Positions 9,130 to 18,610 of a DNA stretch of 41,710 bases are shown in pieces. Origin of the DNA: Eubacterium sp. (GTDB taxonomy: Bacteria > Bacillota > Clostridia > Oscillospirales > Acutalibacteraceae); contig DBFOUY010000213.1 in the NCBI GenBank assembly GCA_048365975.1, positions 1-41,710 of the forward strand, given 5' to 3'. Made by a program: the position numbers and the translations under genes. Each line of letters begins with the position of its first letter. Positions within the stretch are counted from its first letter, which is position 1. The notes under the pieces are model-generated. The model saw only the letters and a program-made list of their open reading frames with translations. It was not told where the DNA came from and searched no databases.

Positions 9130-9672
9130 TTAGTTATTTTCATATACTTCACGTCGCAGAACGCCGATATATGGCAGGTTGCGGTAATACTGATTATAAT
9201 CAAGACCATAGCCTACAACAAATTCATTAGGAACGTCAACTCCTACATAGTCAGCCTTGATATCGGCGACACGTCTTGACGGCTTGTCAAGCAGAGTGAT
9301 AACAGAAATTGATTCAGGATTTCTTTCTGCCAGCATATCGCAGATGTGTTTTAAGGTTCTTCCTGTATCAAGAATATCCTCAACAAGCAGAACATTGAAA
9401 CCGCTTAAATCCTCAGCAATATCCTTGATGATTTTTACTGTTCCGCTTGATTCAGTGCTTTCACCATAGCTTGATGCCTGAATGAAATCAAGCTGACAGG
9501 GCAGATCAATATGTCTTGTCAAATCGGTGAGAAAGTAAATTGAGCCTTTTAACACACCGACAACAAGCAGTTTTTTACCTGCATAGTCCTTTGTGATTTT
9601 TTCGCCGAGCTGTTTTGTGATTGAGTAAAGCTCCTCCTCAGTAACGAGGATTTTTTCAACATCCTTATTCAT
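9130..9672 (-). CDS. hpt: Hypoxanthine phosphoribosyltransferase
   Basis: VGVLKGS, LLVEDILDTGRTL PRPP-binding motif, FVVGYGLDYNQYYRNLPYIG. Confidence 0.97.
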   Translation of the reverse strand: MNKDVEKILVTEEELYSITKQLGEKITKDYAGKKLLVVGVLKGSIYFLTDLTRHIDLPCQLDFIQASSYGESTESSGTVKIIKDIAEDLSGFNVLLVEDILDTGRTLKHICDMLAERNPESISVITLLDKPSRRVADIKADYVGVDVPNEFVVGYGLDYNQYYRNLPYIGVLRREVYENN

Positions 9673-9814
9673 AAATATTCCCCTTGAATTTTAAACATAT
9701 ATATCACTGTTCTTAGATTATAACATCACGCGGTTACAAAGTAAAGAAAAGCCTTGTGTTTTAATCATTGTTTTGTTATATTAAATTCAGTAGAATGTAA
9801 AAGGAGTTTTTTAT

Positions 9815-10417
9815 ATGACTGAATTTGAAAAAATGGAAAAGGGTCTGATTTATGACTGCACTGTTGATGAAATTATGTCTGTGCAGACAGGCTGTGTAAA
9901 GCATATGAAGGAATATAACACCCTCGGGCTCGGTGATGATAAGAGGATGGAAGAATTAATGAAGCTTATGTTTGCAGAGGTGGGAGAAGATACCTTTATC
10001 CAGCCGCCGTTTTATGCAAACTGGGGCGGTGCACACGTTCACCTTGGTGAGAGCGTTTATGCAAATTTCAATCTCACTCTTGTTGATGACGGTCATATTT
10101 ATATCGGTGACAAAACGATGATTGGACCTAATGTTACAATTGCAACAGCAGGTCATCCCATATTGCCTGAGCTGAGAGAAAAGGCACTGCAGTTTAATGT
10201 TGATGTGCATATAGGCAGAAATGTATGGATTGGTGCAGGTGCAGTAATTGTTCCCGGTGTAACAATAGGTGATAATTCCGTTATTGGTGCAGGCTCAATT
10301 GTAACAAAGGATATTCCTGCAAATGTTGTTGCAGTTGGTAATCCCTGCCGTGTTATGCGTGAAATCAGTGACCACGATAAAGAATTTTATTATAAGGACA
10401 AAAGAATTAATTATTAA
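9815..10417 (+). CDS. Sugar O-acetyltransferase (maltose/galactoside acetyltransferase, Maa/LacA family)
   Basis: Hexapeptide repeats; IQPPFYANWG, WIGAGAVIVPGVTIG, VAVGNPCRV. Confidence 0.92.
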   Translation: MTEFEKMEKGLIYDCTVDEIMSVQTGCVKHMKEYNTLGLGDDKRMEELMKLMFAEVGEDTFIQPPFYANWGGAHVHLGESVYANFNLTLVDDGHIYIGDKTMIGPNVTIATAGHPILPELREKALQFNVDVHIGRNVWIGAGAVIVPGVTIGDNSVIGAGSIVTKDIPANVVAVGNPCRVMREISDHDKEFYYKDKRINY

Positions 10418-10426
10418 TTTTTAAAT

Positions 10427-10467
10427 AATAACCCCCTGCAGTTCAAAATTCTGCAGGGGTTGTTTTT
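10427..10467. terminator. Bidirectional terminator
   Basis: CCCCTGCAG...CTGCAGGGG hairpin between convergent genes. Confidence 0.75.
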
Positions 10468-11851
10468 ATATATGAAGAATTGCTGAAGCAAAGCCGAAAT
10501 AAATAAGCAAACAAAGTGCATCAATGATTGTTGTAATAAATGGTGATGACATTACAGCAGGGTCAAGTTTCAGCTTTTTGGCAAAAATCGGGAAAACACA
10601 GCCTACGATTTTTGCAAATATTGTTTCAATAAAGAGAGTAAGACTTATTACAAGGTCAACCTTTACTGTGATTTCATCCATGCCCAAAAGCATTTTGTCA
10701 ATGAACCATATTTTAACAAAATTGATTAACGCAAGGGTGAGTCCGCAGTTAAAGCCCACACGCAACTCTTTCCACACTACTTTAGCTGTATCTTTAAAAT
10801 CAATTTCATTCAGTGACAGCGCACGGATTACAACGGCACTTGACTGTCCGCCTGAGTTACCGCCCGTACCCATAAGCATAGGTATAAAAGAGGTCAGAAT
10901 AATGAGCGAAGACAGCTTATCCTCAAATGCATTTAAAATCATACTTGTGAATGTTGCACTTACCATAAGGAAAAGCAGCCAGGGAATACGCGTTTTCCAG
11001 GTTTCAAAAACGGTCATTTTAAGGTAGGGCTTTTCGTTCGGAACGATAGCATTCATCTTCTGAATATCCTCGGTGTTCTCGTCAACAAGGACATCCATAG
11101 CATCGTCAACTGTTATGATACCAACAAGCCTTTGCTCCATATCAACAACCGGCAGTGCAAGAAAGTCGTATTTGCTCAGAAGATTTGCAGCAGTTTCCTG
11201 ATCATCGTGTGTGTTAATATATATGATGTTGGTTTCCATCAAATCTTCAATTTTATCGTCATTGTCGTGAAGCAGAAGCTCTTTTACGGTTATAACGCCT
11301 ATAAGATGACGTGATTCGTCAGTTACATAGCAGGTGTAAATAGTTTCCTTATCAACACCTGTTCTTCGGATTCGTTTAATAGCATCCTCAACAGTGTTTG
11401 TCTTTTTTAAGTCAACAAACTCAGGAGTCATAATTGAGCCTGCACTGTCCTCAGGATATTTCAGCAGGGTATTAATTGACGCTCTTGTCTGACTGTCGGT
11501 ATTTTTCAGAATACGTTTAACAATGGTCGCAGGCATTTCCTCAATAATATCAACTGTATCATCAAGGTAAAGCTCATCAATAACCTCACGCAGCTCGTTA
11601 TCGGAAAAAGCATGAATCAGCATTTCCTGTGCATCATTGTCAAGCTCAACAAAGGTTTCAGCCGCTTCCTCTTTAGGCAGCAGGCGGAAAAACAAATTTC
11701 TTTGCTCGGCACTGAATTCGTCAAAAATTACAGCAATATCTGCGGGGTTAAATTCAGTAAGTATTTTTTTTATTTCAGAATAGTTTTTACTCTTGTAAAG
11801 AGATGAAAGCTTTTCTATGATTTCTTCAATCTGAATTTCTTCAAGATTCAT
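10466..11851 (-). CDS. mgtE: Magnesium transporter MgtE
   Basis: MgtE_N, CBS pair (YPEDSAGSIMT), RIPWL, GTGGNSGGQS, DPAVMSSPFITTIID. Confidence 0.96.
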   Translation of the reverse strand: MNLEEIQIEEIIEKLSSLYKSKNYSEIKKILTEFNPADIAVIFDEFSAEQRNLFFRLLPKEEAAETFVELDNDAQEMLIHAFSDNELREVIDELYLDDTVDIIEEMPATIVKRILKNTDSQTRASINTLLKYPEDSAGSIMTPEFVDLKKTNTVEDAIKRIRRTGVDKETIYTCYVTDESRHLIGVITVKELLLHDNDDKIEDLMETNIIYINTHDDQETAANLLSKYDFLALPVVDMEQRLVGIITVDDAMDVLVDENTEDIQKMNAIVPNEKPYLKMTVFETWKTRIPWLLFLMVSATFTSMILNAFEDKLSSLIILTSFIPMLMGTGGNSGGQSSAVVIRALSLNEIDFKDTAKVVWKELRVGFNCGLTLALINFVKIWFIDKMLLGMDEITVKVDLVISLTLFIETIFAKIVGCVFPIFAKKLKLDPAVMSSPFITTIIDALCLLIYFGFASAILHI

Positions 11852-11874
11852 AATATCATCTCCTTTATAATTTA

Positions 11875-12714
11875 TTATTCAACGCTGCTGTAAAATGGCT
11901 TTTCCTCCTTGTCATAAGGATTAACTGCAATTCGCTTTGTAACAGCAAACATTATCATTATTAAAACCAATCCGCATGAAGCAGCACATACAATCATTAT
12001 AAATTCGGGCTTTTCAAAAAGGCGTGTGCCTTCAACAAAAGAAACATAGTCAGGCTGCTGCATTTCAGCTTTTACCTGCTCAGTTGTTTTGCTGACTCGC
12101 TTTATATTTATTGAATAATTCTTTTTGCTTCCGTCTGAGGCGGTGCAGGTAAGTGTGATTTTCGGTGCCTGATCAGCAGACAGCTTTAATGTAATCGGTG
12201 CACAGTAAGCATTTATGTCACTTGTAACAGGGGTAATAGTCAGCTCTGTTAAATCAGATGGGATATACAGCTTATAAACTGTATCGCTGTCATTTAAAGA
12301 CGGGGATAATTCACTGTATGGCGAATATATTGAAGATAAGCTGTTGTTATTATTCTGAACATAATCAGCAGGGTTTGAATATGTAAAGGTATAAATTTTG
12401 CTGCCTGTATTATATTGCAGTGTTGCAGTCAGACCTGTCTGGTGGTTGGTTTCATCATAAAGGTAATTGATAAACAAATCAGCATCACCCTTAAGTGCGT
12501 ATCTGTCAAGTGTAGGTGTGGCAGAATTGTCATTTAAGGTTATGGAGTATTCCTGAATATTATGATTGAAAGCAGTGTCGAATTTTGCATTTTTAAAGTT
12601 GATATCAACAAGAATGGGGGTATCGCTGTCATCAGCTGATGCTGTTGCAGGAGCAACAATAAATGCAAAAGAAATCAGCATAAGAATAAAAGCTGCAGAA
12701 AGCTGTCTTTTCAT
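11875..12714 (-). CDS. Membrane-anchored surface protein with cadherin-like beta-sandwich domains
   Basis: Signal peptide, NNNSLSSI...CTASDGSKKNYSINI pattern, C-terminal TM segment. Confidence 0.65.
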   Translation of the reverse strand: MKRQLSAAFILMLISFAFIVAPATASADDSDTPILVDINFKNAKFDTAFNHNIQEYSITLNDNSATPTLDRYALKGDADLFINYLYDETNHQTGLTATLQYNTGSKIYTFTYSNPADYVQNNNNSLSSIYSPYSELSPSLNDSDTVYKLYIPSDLTELTITPVTSDINAYCAPITLKLSADQAPKITLTCTASDGSKKNYSINIKRVSKTTEQVKAEMQQPDYVSFVEGTRLFEKPEFIMIVCAASCGLVLIMIMFAVTKRIAVNPYDKEEKPFYSSVE

Positions 12715-12723
12715 AAAATCACC

Positions 12724-13773
12724 TCATTCAGAAATAATATAGTTTGTAATGCCTTTACTGTCCAGATACTGCTTTGTAATAATGGGATTTTTTGCAGTAA
12801 TATGAAATACGCAATTGCTGTTATCAAAGGAAAGCTTTTCGGTTTTCTCCTGCCATTCCTTTTCAACAGATTTGGCATTATCAGATGACAGATTAAGGTC
12901 AATTGCTTTAAGAAGCTTTATATTGTCATTAAAATCAGCATAAAGCTTTTCTGCAAGTCTGTCAAAGCCACTGTTGTCGGTCTGTACTGCATTTTCGGGC
13001 AAATCATAGTTGTCAAGAACGAAAACGTTAATGCCCATTCCTGCTGCTTCATCAATTATACTTTTGATATAATTATAAGTACTTTCTGAATCGGGGTTAA
13101 GATAGGTATTGCCGGCATTGTCCTTGAATGGACTTCCGCCGTTAAAGAGCGCAAGACTCGGGTCAGCAGCAGGTGCAACATTATCCTTGTAGCATGAAAT
13201 TATTCCTACAGGCAGTACGTCGTTTTCTTTAAGAAGATTTGCAGATGCCTTTAAATCGCTTGACGGTGATGATATTGCTCCGAAGCTTGAGATGGTTGCA
13301 AGTGAAGAATTATAGCCTATTGTTCCGTCATTTCTTTTTAAATCAAAGGCAAGTGATGTGTAGCCGTTGTCTGCCGCTGTGTCAATAACCGCACTGAGCA
13401 TAAGACCGCCGTCAAGTGAAAGTGACTGGCAGCCGCTGCCCTTAATGCTTATGTTAATGTTGTTTAAATTTGCGGTGTTATTTTCGTCGTTTTCAACAAA
13501 TGGCATAGAATGGCGGTCCATATGCACATCCATTATAGTATAGCCTGTTCCCACAAGTGCTATTGATGCGATTGTAACAATTAAGCCCTTTAAAATTTTT
13601 TCACGGCGTGCTCTTGTAAAAAATGGTTCTTTGGCACGCTTTTGCTTAATCTGTTCAGTGGTACCCTTTGGAGCATCAATATATTTATCTGCAAAATATA
13701 TCTTTCTCCCTGTGGGCTGCTCGGTCCATTTCTGATTTCTGTCTTTGTTGTTGTAAAAGCGTTTTTTCTTCAT
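12724..13773 (-). CDS. Membrane-anchored putative glycoside hydrolase (DUF4015-like)
   Basis: N-terminal TM; AFDLKRNDGTIGY, GIISCYKDN, YLNPDSESTYNYIKSIIDEA. Confidence 0.6.
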   Translation of the reverse strand: MKKKRFYNNKDRNQKWTEQPTGRKIYFADKYIDAPKGTTEQIKQKRAKEPFFTRARREKILKGLIVTIASIALVGTGYTIMDVHMDRHSMPFVENDENNTANLNNINISIKGSGCQSLSLDGGLMLSAVIDTAADNGYTSLAFDLKRNDGTIGYNSSLATISSFGAISSPSSDLKASANLLKENDVLPVGIISCYKDNVAPAADPSLALFNGGSPFKDNAGNTYLNPDSESTYNYIKSIIDEAAGMGINVFVLDNYDLPENAVQTDNSGFDRLAEKLYADFNDNIKLLKAIDLNLSSDNAKSVEKEWQEKTEKLSFDNSNCVFHITAKNPIITKQYLDSKGITNYIISE

Positions 13774-13776
13774 ATT

Positions 13777-14424
13777 TTAACACTCGGCATTTTCTTTTAA
13801 AAGTTTTATTGTTGCAGCAGGGTCATCACTTTTGAAAACAGCAGAGCCTGCAACAAAAACATTAGCACCTGCATTTCCTGCAATTTTTATGGTTTCGGCA
13901 TTAATTCCGCCGTCAACCTGAATATCAAGCTCAGGGCATTTTAATCTGAGTTCTTTGATTTTCGGCATAGTGCTTTCCATAAAGCTCTGACCGCCGAAGC
14001 CCGGCTCAACAGTCATAACAAGCACCATTGATAATTTGCCAAGGTAAGGATAGACTGCATCAATCGGTGTGTTCGGTTTTACAGCAAGGGCAGCCTTACA
14101 GCCTGCATTAACAATTTTATCAATAGTTTTTTCAATGTCACTTTCACATTCAACGTGAAATGTTATTATATCTGCCCCTGCTTTCACAAAGTCGTTAATG
14201 TAAAATAATGGATCTGAAATCATAAGGTGAACATCAAAAGGCGTGTCACATACCTTGTCAAGTGCTGCAATAACAGGTGCACCGATTGAAATGTTAGGAA
14301 CAAAGTGACCGTCCATAACATCAAGATGAATAAGCTCTGCACCGCCGTCACTGCATTTTTTCAGCTCAGCCTCAAGGTTTGCAAAGTCGCTTGCCAGAAC
14401 AGATGGTGAAATTTTGATGTCCAT
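13777..14424 (-). CDS. rpe: Ribulose-phosphate 3-epimerase
   Basis: HLDVMDGHFVPNISIG, DVHLM, MTVEPGFGGQ, VDGGIN. Confidence 0.98.
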   Translation of the reverse strand: MDIKISPSVLASDFANLEAELKKCSDGGAELIHLDVMDGHFVPNISIGAPVIAALDKVCDTPFDVHLMISDPLFYINDFVKAGADIITFHVECESDIEKTIDKIVNAGCKAALAVKPNTPIDAVYPYLGKLSMVLVMTVEPGFGGQSFMESTMPKIKELRLKCPELDIQVDGGINAETIKIAGNAGANVFVAGSAVFKSDDPAATIKLLKENAEC

Positions 14425-14605
14425 ATTTTTTCTCCTTTAATAACAGGGGTGTTCAGCGAAATTTTAAAAATTATCAATTCGCATATTTATAATATTATAA
14501 TATGTTTCTATAATAAAATCAACTTTTACTTGTTTTTAAATTGTTTATGTAGTATTATAGGGTGACAAGGCTAAACTATGTTTTATCGAAAGGTAAGTGA
14601 ACTAT

Positions 14606-16213
14606 ATGATTCAGGCAAGCAATATAACTGTTCAATTCGGCGGAAGAGCGCTGTTTGAAAGAGTTAATGTTACCTTTTCAGCAGGTAACTGTTATGGAAT
14701 AATCGGTGCTAACGGTGCAGGCAAGTCAACCTTTTTAAAGGTTTTGTCAGGTGAGCTTGAGGCACAGAAGGGCGAGGTTTTCATTACTCCGGGTGAAAGA
14801 CTTTCTGTTTTAAAGCAGGATCACTTTGCATTTGATGAGTATGATGTTATCCGTACTGTTTTAATGGGTAACCCAAGGCTTATTGAGGTTATGGAGGAAA
14901 AGGATGCCCTCTATATGAAAGAGGATTTCACTGAAGAGGACGGTATTAAGGCAGGCGAGCTTGAGGCTGAGTTTGCTGATATGGACGGCTGGAATGCTGA
15001 AAGTGATGCTGAGTTTATGTTAAATAAGCTTGGTGTGTCTGACGAATATCATTATCTTAAAATGGCAGAGCTTCCGTCAGACCTCAAGGTTAAGGTGCTT
15101 CTTGCCCAGGCACTTTTCGGTAATCCTGATATTCTTCTGCTTGACGAGCCTACTAACCACTTGGATTTGTCAGCTATCCGCTGGCTTGAAAATTTCCTGC
15201 TGGATTTTGAGAACACTGTTATCGTTGTATCACACGACAGACATTTCCTCAATAAGGTCTGCACTCATATCTGCGATGTTGACTTCGGCAAAATTCAGCT
15301 TTATACAGGTAACTATGATTTCTGGTATGAATATACTCAGATGCGTCAGCGTCAGGCAAGAGATCAGAATAAAAAGAATGAGCAGAAGATTAAAGAACTT
15401 CAGGAATTTATTCAGCGTTTCTCAGCAAATGCTGCTAAATCAAAGCAGGCAACAAGCCGAAAGAAACAGCTTGATGCCCTTGAAATGATTGAAATGCCTG
15501 TTTCAAGCAGACGTTTCCCATATGTTGATTTTAAGCCTGACAGAGAGTGCGGCAATGATTTGCTCAGAGTTGACCACCTTACTAAAACAATCGGTGACAG
15601 AAAGGTGCTTGACGATGTTTCTTTCGTTATTCATCCGAGAGAAAAGGTTGCATTTGTCGGCAGTGACGTTGTTGCAAAAACTACCCTTTTCAAAATTATT
15701 ATGGGTGAAATGGAGCCTGATGAGGGTGAGTTCAAATGGGGAGTTACCACAAGTCAGAGCTATTTCCCAAGTGATAACAGCCCATATTTTGACGGCGTTG
15801 ATTTAACACTTGTTGACTGGCTCAGACAGTATACAACCTATACTCTTGAGGCTGATATTCGTGGCTGGCTCGGCAGAATGCTGTTCTCAGGCGACGAAGC
15901 ACTCAAAATGGCCAATGTTCTTTCAGGTGGCGAGCGTGTGCGTTGTATGCTCTGTAAAATGATGCTTTCAGGTGCTAATGTTCTTGTACTTGACGAGCCT
16001 ACGAACCATTTGGATCTGGAGTCAATCACTGCACTCAATAATGGTCTTATACGTTATCCTGAAACAATTCTCTTCACCTCTCACGACCATCAGTTTGTGC
16101 AGACTGTTGCTGACAGAATTATCGAGATTTCAGGCAATACTGTTCTTGACAGAAAGGGCACATATGACGAGTTCCTCGAGGATTTCAATGAAGAACAGCT
16201 TAAAAAGTATTAA
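14606..16213 (+). CDS. ABC-F family ATPase (YbiT/YkpA subfamily)
   Basis: Two ABC domains with no TM segment; GANGAGKST, LLLDEPTNHLD, linker RFSANAAKSKQATSRKK. Confidence 0.92.
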   Translation: MIQASNITVQFGGRALFERVNVTFSAGNCYGIIGANGAGKSTFLKVLSGELEAQKGEVFITPGERLSVLKQDHFAFDEYDVIRTVLMGNPRLIEVMEEKDALYMKEDFTEEDGIKAGELEAEFADMDGWNAESDAEFMLNKLGVSDEYHYLKMAELPSDLKVKVLLAQALFGNPDILLLDEPTNHLDLSAIRWLENFLLDFENTVIVVSHDRHFLNKVCTHICDVDFGKIQLYTGNYDFWYEYTQMRQRQARDQNKKNEQKIKELQEFIQRFSANAAKSKQATSRKKQLDALEMIEMPVSSRRFPYVDFKPDRECGNDLLRVDHLTKTIGDRKVLDDVSFVIHPREKVAFVGSDVVAKTTLFKIIMGEMEPDEGEFKWGVTTSQSYFPSDNSPYFDGVDLTLVDWLRQYTTYTLEADIRGWLGRMLFSGDEALKMANVLSGGERVRCMLCKMMLSGANVLVLDEPTNHLDLESITALNNGLIRYPETILFTSHDHQFVQTVADRIIEISGNTVLDRKGTYDEFLEDFNEEQLKKY

Positions 16214-16228
16214 TATGTTTTCATAATT

Positions 16229-16266
16229 AAAGCCTTGCAATCACACGATTGCAAGGCTTCTTTTTT
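16229..16266. terminator. Terminator of the ABC-F gene, potentially bidirectional
   Basis: AAGCCTTGCAATC-acac-GATTGCAAGGCTT followed by a T run. Confidence 0.85.
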
Positions 16267-16269
16267 ATT

Positions 16270-16570
16270 TGTTATGTATAAAAAATATGGGGAATGACTT
16301 GTTAAACCTCAAAATTGCGAATAATGATGAAAGAGTTATGGCTTTCATAAAAGGTTTAAGTTTGTCATTCCCCTGATTGAAGGCTTGCTTAGCAGATACA
16401 AGCCGACAAAACGAAAAAATTTTTTAGTGCAGTGCACCTCATTGAAGATTTATCGAATATTATTAGATTTTATAAACAAATTATAAACTTAATAGAACGA
16501 TTTTATTTGATTTGCTTAGTTTTTTTCAATAACCTTCAGAAGATTTCTGTTTGTTGAGGTAAATCTCCTA
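16270..16570 (-). ncRNA. Candidate structured non-coding RNA, unassigned
   Basis: ORF-free region downstream of an intact promoter; nested stems 16289-16298/16364-16373, 16302-16309/16352-16359, 16327-16333/16342-16348; hairpin 16382-16404. Confidence 0.4.
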
Positions 16571-16575
16571 AAATA

Positions 16576-16628
16576 AAGATACCATATTTTATATTATTTG
16601 TCAACAATATATTTGCAGAAAAAGTATT
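16576..16628 (-). promoter_or_regulatory. Conserved operator-like motif plus sigma-A promoter (copy 2)
   Basis: Motif AATATATTTGCAGAAAAAGTATT (16606-16628, + strand text), TTGACA (16604-16599), 17 nt spacer ending in TGG, TATCTT (16581-16576). Confidence 0.8.
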
Positions 16629-16667
16629 ATTTTATGAAAAATAAAAGAAAAAGCACGAATAAATTCA

Positions 16668-16853
16668 TTATTTATCCTTGTGGAACAAACCTGCAATGCA
16701 GAGAATGATTCCGATAAACGGAGCGAATATACCGATAAAAAGAATAACTCTCGAAGCAAAGTCTTCGCCTCCGGAAAATCCAAGAGCAAATACTGCATAT
16801 ACAAGCAATCCTATTCCTAAAAGCTGTAATTTAATTCCTAAATTCTTACTCAT
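16668..16853 (-). CDS. Small two-TM membrane protein (paralog of 17102-17290), candidate immunity protein
   Basis: MSKNLGIKLQLLGIGLL...GIILCIAGLFHKDK; purine-rich RBS upstream. Confidence 0.75.
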   Translation of the reverse strand: MSKNLGIKLQLLGIGLLVYAVFALGFSGGEDFASRVILFIGIFAPFIGIILCIAGLFHKDK

Positions 16854-16875
16854 CTAACACCAACCCCTTTTTGCG

Positions 16876-17040
16876 TTAATAGCCTATTACAAATAATCTG
16901 ATTACGATAATCGCTAACAAAAGGATTATAATAAATATGTTGCAATTATATAATTTCTTCTGATTAAGCATTATTTCTTTTAGATATTTTTCATAAGGAA
17001 GAGGGGTTTTGTTTTTTTGCTCTTTATTATCGCTATCCAT
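16876..17040 (-). CDS. Small C-terminally anchored membrane protein (54 aa)
   Basis: Manual translation MDSDNKEQKNKTPLPYEKYLKEIMLNQKKLYNCNIFIIILLAIIVIRLFVIGY; fills the gap between two co-oriented genes; below the ORF-track cutoff. Confidence 0.6.
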   Translation of the reverse strand: MDSDNKEQKNKTPLPYEKYLKEIMLNQKKLYNCNIFIIILLLAIIVIRLFVIGY

Positions 17041-17101
17041 ATTATAACTGCCTAACTTTTAATTGTAATATCGGAACATTTTTTCAGCAAAGCAACTGCA
17101 A

Positions 17102-17290
17102 TTACTTATCCTTGTAAAACAAGCCTGAAATGCAGAGAATTAAACCTGCGAATTTTGATAAATAAACACTGTGAACAATCAGACCATTCCAAAATCCGTG
17201 TGGACCTGAACCATATGACAGTGAATAAAAGGAAAATATAATTAGTGCAATGCCGAATAATTGCAGTTTTATTCCAAGATTTTTTTTCAT
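17102..17290 (-). CDS. Small two-TM membrane protein, candidate immunity protein
   Basis: MKKNLGIKLQLFGIALII...GLILCISGLFYKDK; AGAGG RBS. Confidence 0.75.
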   Translation of the reverse strand: MKKNLGIKLQLFGIALIIFSFYSLSYGSGPHGFWNGLIVHSVYLSKFAGLILCISGLFYKDK

Positions 17291-17318
17291 AGCAATACCT
17301 CTAATTTAGATTTTATAA

Positions 17319-18359
17319 TTATATAGCTGTAAATGAGAATTTATCTGCTCGATATTCGTCGAGAGCGGTCTTGGGACTCAGCGATAAACTAACTCCACCT
17401 TTTGATGCGCTTATTCCTATACTGCCAAGCGAAATCGTTTTATGACCATAAATACCTTGTATTACGCAATCTTCTTTCGATGGCACTTTAATGCCATAGC
17501 TCATATATGCTAATATATCAGCTACAACTCGCGCATGATTATTAATTGTTCTTGGGCAGGTGTAAATTGCTGCACTTCTAAGTTTAAAGCGAATGCCTTG
17601 AGCGTTTCCTACGAGATTGTCAACAGTAACATTTTTGTTTGTGTGGTAATCAGGTTTGTCAGCTGTTTTCCAAACTTGTGTTTTGTATTTGTAATTATAA
17701 GTACAGCAAGTGACAGTTTCTTCTAATTTTCCGTAAACCTCATGATTTGGATCATAAGATCCGCAGTCAAAGTAGAGAGCTAATACATCTTCAAAATGAC
17801 ATAAAGGCATTTTTAACCAATGTGCATACACAGCAATTTGATAGCCGACCTTCTTGTTGCTTAATATGCCTGTTTCTCTGGAAACAACATGCTTCATTTT
17901 CATATAACCATTATTAGATGTTGAAGGATTTGCTAATGGTGAAATTCCATAATCATCCCTGAACATTACTACTGTCATTTCATCTTCTGTCATTGATTCG
18001 GTATTTCCGTCTGCATCTACCTTTATGTAATTGTCAGATACAATGATTTCTTTAAAACCTAAATATTTTAATGCCTCTTCATCTTCTATATCAAATTCAT
18101 CTTGACCTGTGTAATCAACAATGAAATTGGCAAGTTCCAAATCATCAATATCCGGTATCTGATTGCGGACTTCGGTAACAAATTCTTCTATATTATTATA
18201 TGTTATTATTGGATTTTCCTTTGAATTATCTGTTGTGATTTCGATTATATTGTTTGCTATGCTTTCTAAAGCAGGTGCTTCATCAGCAAATATTTGCATA
18301 GGAAATGCAAATACAAATGCAAAAAGAACAGCAAAAACAGCAGAAAGTGATTTTTTCAT
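17319..18359 (-). CDS. Secreted pre-pro-protein, hypothetical (candidate effector A)
   Basis: Signal peptide ending ...QIFA; acidic region up to GISPLA, then a basic domain with HWLKMP...EDVLALYF and YGHKTISLGSIGISASKGGVSLSLS; AAGGAG RBS. Confidence 0.8.
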   Translation of the reverse strand: MKKSLSAVFAVLFAFVFAFPMQIFADEAPALESIANNIIEITTDNSKENPIITYNNIEEFVTEVRNQIPDIDDLELANFIVDYTGQDEFDIEDEEALKYLGFKEIIVSDNYIKVDADGNTESMTEDEMTVVMFRDDYGISPLANPSTSNNGYMKMKHVVSRETGILSNKKVGYQIAVYAHWLKMPLCHFEDVLALYFDCGSYDPNHEVYGKLEETVTCCTYNYKYKTQVWKTADKPDYHTNKNVTVDNLVGNAQGIRFKLRSAAIYTCPRTINNHARVVADILAYMSYGIKVPSKEDCVIQGIYGHKTISLGSIGISASKGGVSLSLSPKTALDEYRADKFSFTAI

Positions 18360-18475
18360 AACTTTATAACTCCTTTTAAAGTAAATTATTAAATCAAAAT
18401 TCTATATGCTGTCTGAATGCTCCATTGGAATCACATCCCTGCGTTACAAAAATTGGGCTCAATATCCCTAAATTA

Positions 18476-18528
18476 ACAATACCACAAATGTTATTATCTG
18501 TCAACAATATATTTTCAGAAATAGTATT
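18476..18528 (-). promoter_or_regulatory. Conserved operator-like motif plus sigma-A promoter (copy 3)
   Basis: Motif AATATATTTTCAGAAATAGTATT (18506-18528), TTGACA (18504-18499), 17 nt spacer ending in TGG, TATTGT (18481-18476). Confidence 0.8.
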
Positions 18529-18543
18529 GTTTTGAAAATATAT

Positions 18544-18576
18544 TAAGGAATGACCTGAAATAATGGTCATTCCTTA
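18544..18576. terminator. Hairpin separating the two secreted-protein cassettes
   Basis: TAAGGAATGACC-N9-GGTCATTCCTTA, a perfect 12-bp stem. Confidence 0.7.
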
Positions 18577-18610
18577 TGTTTTTGTATTTTATTTTCGGTT
18601 TATTATCTTG

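Noticed and set aside
15640..15690. Degenerate second Walker A motif (GSDVVAKTT) in the ABC-F protein
   Set aside because: As far as I recall this degeneracy is usual in Bacillota YkpA/YbiT-type proteins; not evidence of a pseudogene
16266..16442. Short peptides in the ORF-less unit (MRCTALKNFFVLSACIC; MKAITLSSLFAILRFNKSFPIFFIHNK) as type I toxin or pheromone
   Set aside because: No SD at usable spacing; cannot be supported from sequence alone
16601..16804. 67-aa minus-strand ORF
   Set aside because: Alternative frame of 16668-16853 that runs through the conserved promoter motif
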